The translations under genes and the position numbers were made by a program. A stretch of DNA of 64,000 nucleotides from the human T2T-CHM13v2.0 reference genome, Homo sapiens: the NCBI RefSeq assembly GCF_009914755.1, contig NC_060927.1; one strand, written 5' to 3'. The notes under the pieces are model-generated. The model saw nothing but the letters and a program-made list of their open reading frames with translations. It had not been told where the DNA came from and searched no databases. The number at the start of each line of letters is the position of its first letter. The first letter of the stretch is position 1. Shown piece after piece: positions 40,643 to 54,330 of this stretch.

Positions 40643-42702
40643 TTGGAAGCCACTTACAAAGTTCTATCATATAGAAAAATGCACCTTATTTTAAAAGGAC
40701 ACCCTTAAAAATAATGAATTAAGTACCAGCACTTTATTCAGAATAATAACCTACAAGTAAGATACTTCTGGGGCTGCTAACATGAATTAAGTAAAGTGCT
40801 TTAAAATGTCAATTAGAAGCACGATAGCAAAGCAAATAACAGTTATATGCTCCGGTAGTGTTGTCTAATTTATTGGATTCTACAGATTTTCTTGTGTACT
40901 GAAATGGTTGTACCTATGAAAATCTGGGATGGGGTGTCTCTAATATTGCTATTATCATTGAGGTTGCCATTAAATACTTGTTTTACCAACTGTTAATTAA
41001 ACAAATTAAAAAATGGTGTAAGAAATATGCAAAGCTCCTCTTGGCATGTCTTGTTAATTCTTTTGCTGTCTGCCATTCAGATTTTCCTATTACTCAGCCC
41101 CATATCATGTGGAGACTATGTCTACCCAAACACTTCTCAGATTATACCTCATCCATGTTTTGAAGATAACACAGACTAAACAGCAATCTGTTAATCTCAA
41201 TTCCAGATTTCCAGTAGAACTACCCCAGTTGGTCCTTGGATGAGGCATCCAACCTTGATAATATTAATCAAGATAATGAGGACAAATATACCAGTCATGG
41301 CTGCCAATGAACCAACTCTGTTAAAGAGAGACAGAAAAATGGATCTGCAAGGCTGTAGAGTGGTTGAGCATATATTCTAGACTAGGACTACTGGGTTTGA
41401 TTTCCCGTATCATCATTTATATGTGTAAAGTTAGGTAAATAGCTTATGTTGCAAGTCTCAATTTTCCCATGTATAAAATGGAAAAGAAAAAAAAAAGCCT
41501 ATGTCATAGTTGTTGTGAGGACTGAATGAACTGATTTATGTAAATATCTTAGTATGGTGCCTTGCACCTAAACAGTCAGGGGTGGGAGGTAGATGCAAGA
41601 GTGTGTCTGTTATAACTGCATTATAGCACATTTTGGTGACTGAATTTTGATTCCTGAAAAACATGACATTAAAATGCCAAAACTATGAACTCCTTTAAAA
41701 TACAGAATCTTTTGTGGAGGCTGTCATAATAGGGGATCCCAAGGGCCAATTTGGAATTTTACTGAATTATAATGTGATTTAAGAAAAAAATTTGAGTCAG
41801 TTCTCATATGGAAATTACAAATTAAGTGAGGTTATTAGTTCCAGAAGAAAGACTTAAACTCTGCTCAAAGTGTTAAATACATCTCAGGTAGAACAGGAGC
41901 TTAGTAGCAATGGCAACTCATTTGGTTCTGTAAAGAGAATTTTAAACAGAATTTGTACACACTGTTTGCATTTTGTATGAATTTTTAATCTGAATTTGAG
42001 AGTGACATTCTTGCTTTAGATGCAGTAGATTTGAGATTTGACCAAAGCCATTTTGTCCTGTTATCATAACAAATATCTTGCTTTATAAAACGTAAGATCC
42101 CATTCACCCTGGGGCTGGAGTCAACTCCTTTGTATTATGTTAGGCATTTAGGCAGGGGCTCTAATTCTTTCAAGTCAATTCTTTTCAGGCTGCAATGTTT
42201 TTTATCTACTGCTCAGGGAGACATAAGCCTTGGGGAAAATTAGGTCCATAAAAGCTGTCTCTGAAAGTCTCATTTTTTTATGGGCTCTTGGATATAAAGA
42301 ACATGATTGAAATCTGGTGATGTGTGTTTATTGGCAAATATGTATGTATGTATGTGTGAGTGGAAGGATGAATGGATGAATAGATGGATGGGGGGGAAGG
42401 TGCATGGATGGGGAGATGGATCATATAATGAATAGTTATTATTACTATTATTATTTTGGTTATCCAGTATCCAATCATGACAAGGTACCATGACAATTAA
42501 AACTTCTTCTCACGTTAGAAGTGTGCCATTGTGTGCATTCCTAGGACCTGGCAAGCAAGTGGAACCAAATTCATTTTCTCTAGTTCAGGGGCAGGGAATC
42601 GACTTCAGCTTGGCTAATGAGACAGTCTCCTGTTAGAATCTGAATAAGTGTTCCAGGGTGTGGTGGCAACTGGAGGAAGGCAGCAGCGGAAGTGACCTGT
42701 GA

Positions 42703-43120
<418 letters not shown>

Positions 43121-43511
43121 TCTAAGCCTATTTCTTCATAAACTCTTTTTTGCTTAAGTCAACAAAATTGTTTCTGTTGCAACCCAGAATTCTCACTGAT
43201 ACAGATATTGAGAAGTAACTAAGTTTCAGGCATATTCTAAGTTCCTTATGGGCATTCATTTATTTACTGTTCACAAAAATGCTATGAGAAGGTACTTGCA
43301 TTATTCCTGTTTTACAGAGAAGCATACACAGAAAGCTCACACGGTTGCCTGAGATCGCACAGCTACTAAGAGCAGATCCTGAATTTCAATTCTGGAAGTC
43401 TGATGCTAGAGCATACTTAACTCTGCATCTTAACATTTCTGCAATATTGCTTCTGTAAGGATAGTAGAAGGAGAGAAAGAGAGAGAGGCAGTGCAGCAGA
43501 GTCTATATAAC

Positions 43512-43948
43512 ATGTTATTCAGTGCCTGTTCCTTTTCCTCCTGGCACACAGACTATATATATTTCCCTGCCTCCTTTGCATCTCAATGTAGACATATGAC
43601 TGACTTTTGTCTGGTAAAATGTGAGAAGTGGATTTGTGTCATTTCCAGGGCAAAGTAGTTAAGTCATGGGTGTGCCTTCCCTGTGGCTCTATTCTGCCCA
43701 GCTGAATGGAGAGGAATCTGAGGATCTAGAGGAAAGAAGAGCCACAAAATGGAAAGTAGAAGGCTGCCTGGCCAGGAGTACTCTTATTGTACTGTGATGG
43801 GAGTGAGAAATAACCTTCATTTTGTTATACCACTGCAATGTTAGGGTTACCCGTTAATGCCTCTGACTAAGCCTAAGAGGCTATATTAAGTTGATGGTGA
43901 GTAGAGAGAGATGACAGAGCAAAGCAAACTTGGATTCCAATTTAGGGA
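43512..43948 (+). repeat. Left arm of an inverted duplication (MLT1I/J-like LTR plus ~80 bp of flank)
   Basis: Reverse complement of 45202-45639 at about 89% identity (manual alignment). Confidence 0.95.
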
Positions 43949-43960
43949 ATTGGAAAAAAA

Positions 43961-44092
43961 ATTTTTTTTAAATAAAAATGGAGTCTTCCTATGTTACCCA
44001 GGCCGATCTTGAACTCCTGGGCTCAAACTATCCTCCCACCTCAGCTTCCCAAAGTGCCAGGGTTACAGGCATGAGCCACTGCACCCCACACC
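43961..44092 (-). mobile_element. FLAM_C Alu monomer
   Basis: gagtcttcctatgttacccaggcc...ctcctgggctcaa...catgagccactgcaccc. Confidence 0.85.
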
Positions 44093-45201
44093 ATATATAG
44101 AATTTTTAAAGGGACCCAATTTCGGTTGACAAAATAAATAGCACTGAACATCTTTGCTCTCTTTATAGATAACGAAGAGTGAATCTTAATTTAGTCATAA
44201 TTGAAGGGGTATTGAGAGATCATCTAATCATCCTCCTGAGTCTCTGACCCTAAACAAAAAATTTACAAAGATTGTTTTATACATAGCATCCTCATTTTTA
44301 TGGAACTCAAAGGCAAATGTTCATGTTAACTTAATCAAAGATGTCACTGGCAACCTATATCATGATCCTAAGTATTCTTGCCCTTATTTGATGAATTACC
44401 CTGGTAGTTATCTACTTCAGTTTCCCATGTATTTGATGAAATTCTACTTGTACAATTTAGTAAATGCAAAGAAAAAGTTCTTTTATGTAATCCTTCCTAT
44501 TTTAATAATCCTTTGATAGACAGCATCCATATCCCTTGCTAATTATTTTCCCCGTAAGGCAGGGTATTAAATTTCCCAGAATATGTTTCACAGGTAGGAA
44601 AGCTTTCAAAAATATATAATATTTTGACCTTTAAAGAAAAAGGATTTGTTGTGAAACTAGTTCTTTTTACTACTAGCGTGTCATTCAAAATAAAATAATA
44701 CGTTTAGACATGTTGCAGCAATTTAGTTGCTATTACTCAAATCTTACCCTCTAATTAGAAGAAGAAATATGAAGCCTCATCAGTGCATAATTTAACAAAC
44801 TCAATGTCAGGAAATTACCATATTTTATTCTTGTCTAGCACCAAAATTTGTGGGCATGGAGGGAAAATATTCACTTCTAAAAGTGCAAGATATGACTTAT
44901 AACAAAAGAGAGCTTGAGAGGTGATAGCATGGGTTCAGGCTAATCAAAGATTTTGGACAAATTCCAAAAGGCAGATTTTAAAAATATGACTCGATTTCCA
45001 AGTTCCTTCTGCTTTAGGATGAAGTGGAAAAAGAAATTAAGTCATATGGGGAGAAAGAAAACTGTGAAAACCAGGACTTTTTAAAACTCTGATGGAAATT
45101 AGTATGGATCAATGGGGATTCCAGGAAGAGGGAATAAGTCAAGGGATTACGACTTTCACCTGCAGGTTGAGAAACACATATCCATGTAGGTGGCAGAGAG
45201 C

Positions 45202-45639
45202 TCCCTAAATTGGAATCCAACTTTACTTTGCTCTATCTTCTCTCTCTACCCACCATCAACTTACATAGCCTTTCAGGTTGAGTTAGAGGCATTAACGGGT
45301 AACCCTAACATTGCAATGGTGTAAAAATATCAAGGTTACTTCTCACTCCCATCACAGCCCAGTAAGAGTACTCCTGACCAGGCAGCCTTCTACTTTCCAT
45401 TTTGTGGTTCCTTCTTCCTCTAAATGCTCAGTGTCCTCTCCATTCAGCTGGGCAGAATGGAGCCACAGGGAAGGCACACTCACGACTTAACTACTTTGGT
45501 CTGAAAATGACACAAATCCACTTCTCACATTTCACCAGAGAGAAGTCAGTCATATGTCTACATCCAGATGCAAAGGAGGCAGGGAAATATATATATAGTC
45601 TGTGTGCCAGGAGGAAAAGGAACAGGCACTGATGAACAT
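45202..45639 (-). repeat. Right arm of the inverted duplication
   Basis: For example gtctgtgtgccaggaggaaaaggaacaggcactga is the exact reverse complement of tcagtgcctgttccttttcctcctggcacacagac in the left arm. Confidence 0.95.
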
Positions 45640-45739
45640 AAACACTAATGAATGGTCAATTACAATATCAAAAAATGTGAGACTTGAAACAGATCTTAGG
45701 CAGTCATCTTATCTCATGCCTTCATTTTATAGATGAGGA

Positions 45740-46176
45740 TGTAACAGTTGTCAGAATCAAAATGGAGTCATTAGTGTTAAAAAATACTCTTGACATATAG
45801 AGCCAGGGAAAGCCATGAAAAGAGGGTTCTCACGCTTGTATGCCTGATAATAAAAAGGCTCTACAAAACCCACAACTTTGCACGAAGGCCATTGCAACCT
45901 AATACGAAAGAATACTTCTGCGAGGACATTTGCTCACCAACTCCCTGTCCAACCTCAGACTGGCATCATCCTTATTATTGATGTTTGTAGTGAAGTATAA
46001 TTATTTCAAAACAATTATGTAATCCTCTTCATTTTTTTTTCCTTTAAAAACTTCTGTCTTCCTCTGAATATGCAAATCCTTTACTACGGAACAAGTATTC
46101 CCATTGCAATGCTCTATTCCAAGTAAACATCTTTTTCTTTTAGAGAGCTTCTCTCTATTCGTTACTTTGGCTGATA
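45740..46176 (+). mobile_element. MER65A-like ERV1 solo LTR inserted in a MIR
   Basis: tgtaacagttgtcagaatcaaaatggagtca...gagccagggaaagccatgaaaagagggttctcacgc; flanks join as a MIR (ttttatagatgagga|...actgaaattcagag). Confidence 0.8.
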
Positions 46177-47348
46177 AGAGTACTGAAATTCAGAGAAAAT
46201 AATTGACTCAAAGTCATCTATCAAGTTATTGCTTGACATAATTGAGAATTCCAGCAGTGAAATCCAACAGAGTTCAGTAACAGCTGGATCCAGGTGCTCA
46301 AACATGTCATCAGTAATCTATATCTATCCATCACCTGGCTCTAGTTTTCTCTGTGTTGCTTTCTTCTCAGGCAGCTCTTATGCAGTGCTAAGGTAATTCC
46401 AGTCTTATGTCTTTCCATGTTGGTGGCTCCAGCCAAAAGTGAGCTTCTTTATTCTACCGGTTGCAGTAAAAGTCATTAGCCCAGTGTAGGTCATGGTCTA
46501 GTTCTGAACCAACCACTGGGGTCAGGGCATTCCATGTCCAGATTTTCTTGGTCTAGGTCAGGGTGCCCCATCAATAAGGCAAAGTCGGTCCGGCTTCACT
46601 TAAGCCATATGGGACTATAATTGGGAAAGGGTAGTAAACAGAGGAAACTCCAGCCAGTGCAGCCAGAAAGAGAGAAAACAATGTTGATGAATAATGGACA
46701 AAAACAATAAACTTCTACTACATACAGCAATGTGTCATAAATCCTTTGTCAGGTTAATAAATAACGTCATTATTTCCTCATGGCATATCATAAAAAGTGA
46801 TTTTATTTTTTAAAAAGATTTAGATCTATCGTATATAATAATTTCAAAGTGATCAATAGTAATCATGTTATAAGCAAAAAAGAAACACCATTTTTTCTCC
46901 TTTAGAAAAGGGCAGAAACACTAGTTAGTTGACTTTGAATTAATTCTGTAGCAAACTACATTGTAAAAGGATATCAGATCTTATTTTGTTTGGGGATTGT
47001 ATAGTTATTAAAACAGAGATTAGAATTTAACAGGTGTTCCAGCATCAGAATAGATTTTCTAAGACGGCTTCATGACTCGGTTGTTTGGAATGCTTGAATT
47101 TTTTCACTTTAAATAAAGCTAGCAGTTTTGTTTTTAATGGTTTTGTGGTTTTTTCCAAACAACAAGTTAATAAAAAAAATTCAGGGCTTCTATTTGCAAC
47201 ATATTTCTGCAAATAACTCATTATATGGATAGTTCTTATTATCTCTAATAAATCAAAAGCCAAGTTAACTAAATCACCACAGAATTTCCTTTATTGAGCA
47301 GTGGGAGTGGATGCAGTAGAGACACCCCAATGAGTTCTTTAAAAATTA

Positions 47349-47421
47349 TGATCAGATAGATCAATGCATGAATCTAGAAGATATGAATTTGATCAAGTAG
47401 ATCAATGTATGAATCTAGAAG
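47349..47421 (+). repeat. 41-bp-period tandem duplication
   Basis: tagatcaatg(c/t)atgaatctagaag occurs twice. Confidence 0.85.
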
Positions 47422-47727
47422 GCATCAATCTTTTAGGCTCTAAGAAGCTTGTCCTTTTCATGGCCATTAATTTCCCGCTTTTCTCATGCTTCCTATCTTT
47501 ATTCTGTTTTGTTAGAGTATAACTTATGCAATATGTGAATAAAAAATAAGTGAAGCCAATCGAAACTGTGTAACTGTTGGTCAACACCATTTAGCTCAGT
47601 GAAAAACAACTACATACCTTAAAATTACCAATGATAAGAGCTGCAAGTGTTCAAACTGTTCTTTTTTTTTTTTTTAAACACAAAAAGCTTTACCTAATTA
47701 TTTTGTCTTTCAAAAAAATCAAAATGA

Positions 47728-48035
<308 letters not shown>

Positions 48036-48392
48036 TATGAAAGCAAAACCTCAACATCTATAACAACATAAACCCTCAGAATATCTCTAGGCACCCCCAG
48101 GTAGTTATAAAATGCAGGTTGGCAAACACTAGTCTTCTCCTTGCTATTTTCTGTGCCACTATGATGATTTTCCACAATTTCTAAAGATGTCTGCTCCCCT
48201 ACTTCAGGTGATAACCAGTTGAGTAGTTCAATTAGTACTATTGGGGTCGTCATTTGTTATTATGAGGAAAAATCTCAAGTGTTTGCTCTTCGTGGATTCC
48301 TATGTCATGGGTGCTCATATGGCAGAACTGGGAAATGCTAGTCCTTTCTTTTGGGATTGGTCAGGCTTTTTACCTGATTAAGACTTAGTCTC

Positions 48393-48719
<327 letters not shown>

Positions 48720-48914
48720 CTACCTTTAGGAGAGGTGTCATCTTTACGTTTGAAGTGAACTCCATAGCTTATGACTGGGACTGTCTAGACTCAGAGCCCA
48801 TGACAATTGGCATAACGATTCTAAGCTTCAGTTTCCTCCTCTGAAAATGGGAGAAGAGTTCTAAACATCCCCTAGAATTGTGGCAAAGGTTATAAAATCA
48901 GCTACGTGTGCAAA

Positions 48915-49290
48915 ATAGAACCACTCCCCCTCAGACCCGCTCTTCCCCCTTTTCAACCTGCAAGACTGACTTATACAGACTATCTCAATGGGCTCCCTCA
49001 CCCTCTGAATTCTGCTTGTCCAGTGGAAGCACCAGCAGAGCTGAAGGTGAGAGGAGCATGAGGTCAGAGTGTTTATTTCTCTAGCTGCCTCCCTTCTGGC
49101 CACCTCTAAGGAAGGCTATAGCTCCTCTTAGTTCACTCTCTCCTTCTTTCCAGGTTCTGATGACCATTTCCTTCCTCTTGTTACTCTGGGCTTACTTTAC
49201 CTTTGTTAATGATATCTTTCTTAATTTCTCCTCAAATTTGAATGTGTTCTCTCTTTCCTGTATACAAACCACATGTTTCCTAGTACACAC
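48915..49290 (-). mobile_element. LTR33-like ERVL LTR within a MIR
   Basis: tcaatgggctccctcaccctctg...gcaccagcagag...gaggtcagagtgtttatttc. Confidence 0.55.
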
Positions 49291-49939
49291 AGCACAAAGG
49301 CTGCTTAGACTGTTGTATGACAAGCACTTGGATAGCTGTTGGGTAGATTAAATAAAACTATGTGTGTAGAATGATTGGTGTCAAATGGAGTCACTTCATG
49401 ATAATAATTACATCATTAATAATAAATAAAATACTATGAATAGATTCTCAGTTATTATTTATAAGTCCTCACTATAGCCTAGGCACTAGGCTAGTACTCT
49501 GCATTCATAATGTTATTCTTCTCCCTACTCCTACCTACACTCAAATCTACAAGTAGTTACTATTTTTCCCAGTTTACTGACAAGAAAACAGAGACAGAGT
49601 TTAACTCACTGGCCCTAGGACACAAAGCAAGTTTGTTTTTACTCCAAAGCTCATTCTCCTTATCACTTTACTGCCCTCCTGAGAGTTTCTGCTTCTGCTT
49701 CCTGATACAGACTTTTCCTTTCAAACAGTAAGTGATTTTAATAAAAGATTAAAACAAGAGGACAAAATTATCATGAAAACATGATTATTTGACAAACACT
49801 TGCTTCCAGTGTTTAGAGAATCTTCAGAGATCTTGTGATTTTACATCGTGAATTTTCTGGACCATATTATAGGGTTTCACCAATATAACTTCTCTTATCA
49901 GACTTGAATTAAGTATTGGTGTGTATGTTATGATACCTC

Positions 49940-51155
49940 CATAGGAGATGCTCCTACATTTGCACAAAATTGTGTGTGCACAGATGTTCATTGCAGCATT
50001 ATGTGCTGTTGCAAAAAGAAAAGAAAATTAAATTCCTTTAATAGGTGAAACATTAACTACATTTTGGTATATAGTGGGAATGTTGGTATATTCATCCTAT
50101 GAAATATTAAAAAATAAAATACATTCATATGTACTACATGGAAAGTCCTGAAGATATCAGAGAAGGGGAAAATTAAGTTGTATGATAATCGGAATAATGT
50201 AATTCTACTTGTTTTTTAAAAAACTGCGTATGTGTGTTAGCAGCAGTGAATCCATATAGGTCTGCAGCAACCTCAATTCTTCACTCCTCAGAAGAAAGAA
50301 TTCGACTGAGGGGTATAAGGCAGAGTGAGAGACTGAGGCAAGTTTTGGAACAGGAGTGAAAATTTATTAAAAAGTTTTAGAGCAGGAATGAAATGAAGCC
50401 AAGTATACTTGGAAGAGGGCCAAGCAGGTGACTTGAGAGATCAAGTGTGCTGTTTGACCTTTGACTTGAGGCTTTACATGTTGGCATGCTTCTGGGTGGT
50501 TGCAACCCATCTCCCCTGATTCTTCCCTTGGGGTAGGCTGTATGCATGTGCAGTGGCCTACCAGCACTTGGGAGGGGCCACATGTGCAGTGTGTTTACTG
50601 AAGTTGTATGCACACTCATTTGAGGTGTTTTTCCCTTACCACTCCAGTGTTCCTAGAGGAAGGCCACACACCACTCACATATACAATTTTGCTTCTTAGT
50701 GCGCATGCTCAAGCCCACTCGCCCGACTCCTGAGGTCTTACTGGGAAACTGCTGATCACCAGCTTCAGGTGTTTCTATCTAGTGGGAGACAGCCTTTCCC
50801 TGGTGCTAACTGCAACTAATTATTATTTTAAAGAGACAGTTTAACAGCCGTCTGACCATCACCTGATGGTTGCCTGGCATTCCTAGTTGGGGGGAGGGTG
50901 GGCACTCTCCTGCCCTGCTCATGTTTTACTAGCTACCTACTGTAACATGTGTTTATATAAGTAGATAAATAAAGGGATAAAAATCTGAAAGAACATGCCA
51001 AATTATTTGTAGTTGATACTGCCTGGGAGAGAAGTTAGATTAAGGAATATGAAAAGAGACATTCAAGTTGTATTCTATATACTTAACACATTGCTTGAAT
51101 TTTAAAAATAATAAGAATTGATGTGTTATTTGGATAATAAAGAAATAAATAAAAA
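49940..51155 (+). mobile_element. Ancient L1ME-like 3' end split by MER50
   Basis: gatgttcattgcagcatt...aattcctttaataggtg...tggtatattcatcctatgaaata. Confidence 0.6.
50235..50947 (-). mobile_element. MER50-like ERV1 solo LTR
   Basis: tgttagcagcagtgaatcc...ctagctacctactgtaaca; perfect TSD tgtg. Confidence 0.85.
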
Positions 51156-51505
51156 TTTTAAACAATTACAAGATTAAGGGGCATATAACCTTGTCCCATG
51201 AGATACTTTTGACAAAACTTGGATGTTTAATGTGAAGATGAGAGGCACAAATGAATAGGTGGCATTAGCTTCTAGATACATCTATTACAGAGCTACGATG
51301 TGGAAGACTGTTTGGGATGGTTCTGTGTAACCTTAGGGGGCAGTAGGAGGAGTAGCCAGGGAGCCAAAGGCCACATAATGTCTTATAGGATGTGTTAAGA
51401 AGCTTAGATGTTATTCTAAGCCCTCTAGAAGTCACTGCAGGATTGTAAGCATGGGTGTGATAACCTCTATTATTATTTTTAATTTTTTTAGATTACTTAT
51501 GTAGT

Positions 51506-51873
51506 ATCTTGAGTCAGCTTAGGTTGCTGTAACACAATACTACAGACTAGGTGACTTAACAGGAATTAATTTTTGCACAGTTCTACAGGCTGGAAGTCTG
51601 AGATCAAGGTGCCACCATGGTTGGTTCTGGTGAACACTCCTTTTCTGGCTTGCAGATAGCTGCTTTCTTGCTGTTTCCTACTCTCTTTCTTACTGGGGTG
51701 GTGGAGAGGGGAGAGACAAAGAGAGAGAGACAGAGAGAGAAACAACCAAATTCTGGTCTCTTACAAGAGCACTAATCTCATCATGAGAATCCCACATCCA
51801 AATACCATCACGTTGAGGATCAGGGCTGTAGCATGTGAATGGGGAGACAGGTGCAAACATTCAGTCCACAGCA
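51506..51873 (-). mobile_element. MLT1A-like MaLR LTR inside an L2 fragment
   Basis: gctgtaacacaatactacagactaggtgacttaa...cacagttctacaggctggaagtctgagatcaaggtgcc...aacattcagtccacagca. Confidence 0.8.
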
Positions 51874-52365
51874 AGTAGCTTGCTGGAGAATTATCTGTTC
51901 AGGATGAGTGGGGGTTGGAGAGCAGTGGCAGGGAGCTGAGTTAAAACAGTGGCCTAGAGATGAATAGTAGCTTTGACTGGAGAGATAGCAGCAAAAATGG
52001 TGAGACAGCATCAGATTTGGATATATATGGTGGGAGAATCAAAAGGACTTGCTGAAGGATTGAATATCAGTGCAAGACAAACAGAAGAATTAAAAAAATC
52101 TCCTAGATTTGGGACTTAAATAATTGAGTAGATGATGAATCATTGACCAAAAGGGGGTTGGGAACAATAAAACAGATGCATAGATCTTATAATGGATTAG
52201 TATTCAAAATACATAAAGAATTCCTATAAGAGGAAACAGAGATATGCCTTTCTAGTTTTTTCCAAAATATTTAAAAAATTGTTTTTCATTTTAAAGTCAT
52301 TAAGAACATTTGTTGACATTTCTCTTTATGGCTTGTTACTTTAGGGTTTTGTTTGTATATAGCCC

Positions 52366-52812
52366 TGTATTCATTCCCTAGGGCTGCCATAGCAATGGAT
52401 CATAAACTGGGTGACTTAAAACAATAGGACTTTATTCTCTCGAAGTTCCGGAGTCTAGAAGTCTGAAATCACAGTGTCAGCAGGGCCATATTTCCTCTGA
52501 GGGATCTGAGAAAGAATCTTTCCTTGCTTTTTTCTTTCTGGTGGTTGCTGGCAAGCCTTGACAGTCCTTGGTTTGTATCAGCATAATTCCATCTCTGCCC
52601 TCTCCCTTGCATGTCTCTCTTTCTCTCTGTGCCTCTGTGTCTCTTCTTATAAGGACACCAGTAACTAGTCTAGTGCCCACCCTAATCTAGTATGAACTCA
52701 TTTTAGCTTGATTACATCCGTAAAGACCCTATTTCTAAAATAAAGTTAGTTACGGGTGTCAGGGGTTTGGATTTGAACATATCTTTCTCGGGGACACAAT
52801 TCAACCCACAAC
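52366..52812 (-). mobile_element. MLT1B/C-like MaLR LTR
   Basis: tgtattcattccctagggctgccatagcaa...ttcttataaggacaccagt...gggacacaattcaacccacaac. Confidence 0.85.
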
Positions 52813-52829
52813 GATTCCCAGGTGTTTCT

Positions 52830-54330
52830 AGTTTTGCTATTCTGTTATGTTTTTTGTCTATAACTAAGACAAACTACACTGTCATAATGACTGTAGATTA
52901 ATACTACGTCTTGATATCTAGACGACATCTCTCTCCCAACTCTGGTTTCTTCGAAAGTGTCATGGCTTATCTTTGTCCTCTTTTATATACATTTTAGAAT
53001 CAGCTTTTAAAATACTTTTTAAAAAACCCTACAGGAGCTTAGATTGGAATTGTACTTATCAGTCGTTTTAGAGAGAATTGATGGTTTTATGGTGTAGAAT
53101 CTTCCTATCCATTAACATGGTAGTGTTAGAGTAAATAGCTAGGCAGACATAAACGGGGCAGGAGAGGCTCCCCTCTAGCCTATGATTGTCAGACGACCAT
53201 CAGGTGATGCTAAGGTGGTTGCTAAATTGTCTCTCTAAAATAATAACTGGTCACAGCCGGCACCAGGAAAAGGCAGTTGCTCAATAGATAGAAAACACCT
53301 GAAACTGGTGATGAGCAGCTTCCTGATAAAATCTCAGGAGTTGGGCTAGTGGGCCCAAGCATGTGCACTAAGAGGCAAAATGGAAGAATTTAACTGATAT
53401 GTGACCTTCCTCTAGGAACACTGGACCAGTAAGGGGAAAAAAAAAAAAAAAAACACCTCCAGTGAGCATGCGCACAACTTCAGTAAACACACTGCACGTG
53501 TAGCGCTTCCTGAGTGCTAGCAGGCCACCGCACATGCAGACAGCCCACCCTAAGGGAAGAAGAGATGCAAATCCCAGAACTATGCCAACCTATAAAACCC
53601 AAGTCAAAGGTCGAACACCGTACTTGGATCTCTCAAGTTGCCGGCTTGGCCCTCTTCCAAGTGTACTTTACTTCCTTTTGTTCCTGTGGTAAAGCTTTTT
53701 AATCAATTTTCACTCCTGCTCAAAAACTTGCCTCAGTCTCTCACTTTGCCTTATGCTCCTCGAGTGAATGCTTTCCTTCATGGAGGCAAGAAATAAGTTG
53801 CTGCAGACCCATACAGCTTCCCTGCTGCTAACAGTGGCACTTCTTAGCTTTATTCCCCAGTACCATAAAAATGTTATAGGTGGAGACTTTTAAAATAAAT
53901 TTGCTAAATGTTTGATGCTGGCGTATAGATTTATTTTTAATGCTTTGATCTGATATCTAATAACCTTTCTTTAACTCTCATTATTTCTAATTATTTGAAG
54001 ATTATTTTGAGCTTTTTTGTATTTTTGAATGACAATTTCATTCTTTCCTTTCTAATCCTTATACTTTTGCTTTCTTTTTCTTATCTTGCTGTAATCACTG
54101 ACACCTCTAGGGTAATAGAAACGATCAGAGTGAATTACCTAGTGTTTCTTTTGATTTTAAGAGGAATACTTCACCACTAAGTTTGGACTTTCTCTAGGCT
54201 TTTGGTAGGTATCCTTTACCAAGTTAAGGTGTTCCTTCTATTCCAAGTCTCCATTCATTTTCTGTTGTTGTCTTTTGAAGAAACTTTTCCTTTTTCTTTG
54301 TTTACCAGTATTGTCAGAGATTTTAAAAAT
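52830..54330 (-). mobile_element. Ancient L1M ORF2-derived fragments split by MER50
   Basis: acattttagaatcagctt...gattggaattgt...aatcttcctatcca; tttatcttgct...acctctag...gtgtttcttttgattttaagaggaat. Confidence 0.55.
53124..53833 (+). mobile_element. MER50-like ERV1 solo LTR (second copy, opposite orientation)
   Basis: tgttagagtaaatagctaggcagaca...gttgctgcagaccca...ctgctgctaaca; TSD gtag/gtgg. Confidence 0.85.

Noticed and set aside
40071-40694. 207-aa ORF as a functional CDS
   Set aside because: Intronless retrocopy with an A-tail, a frameshift and CpG-type arginine losses; called as a pseudogene.
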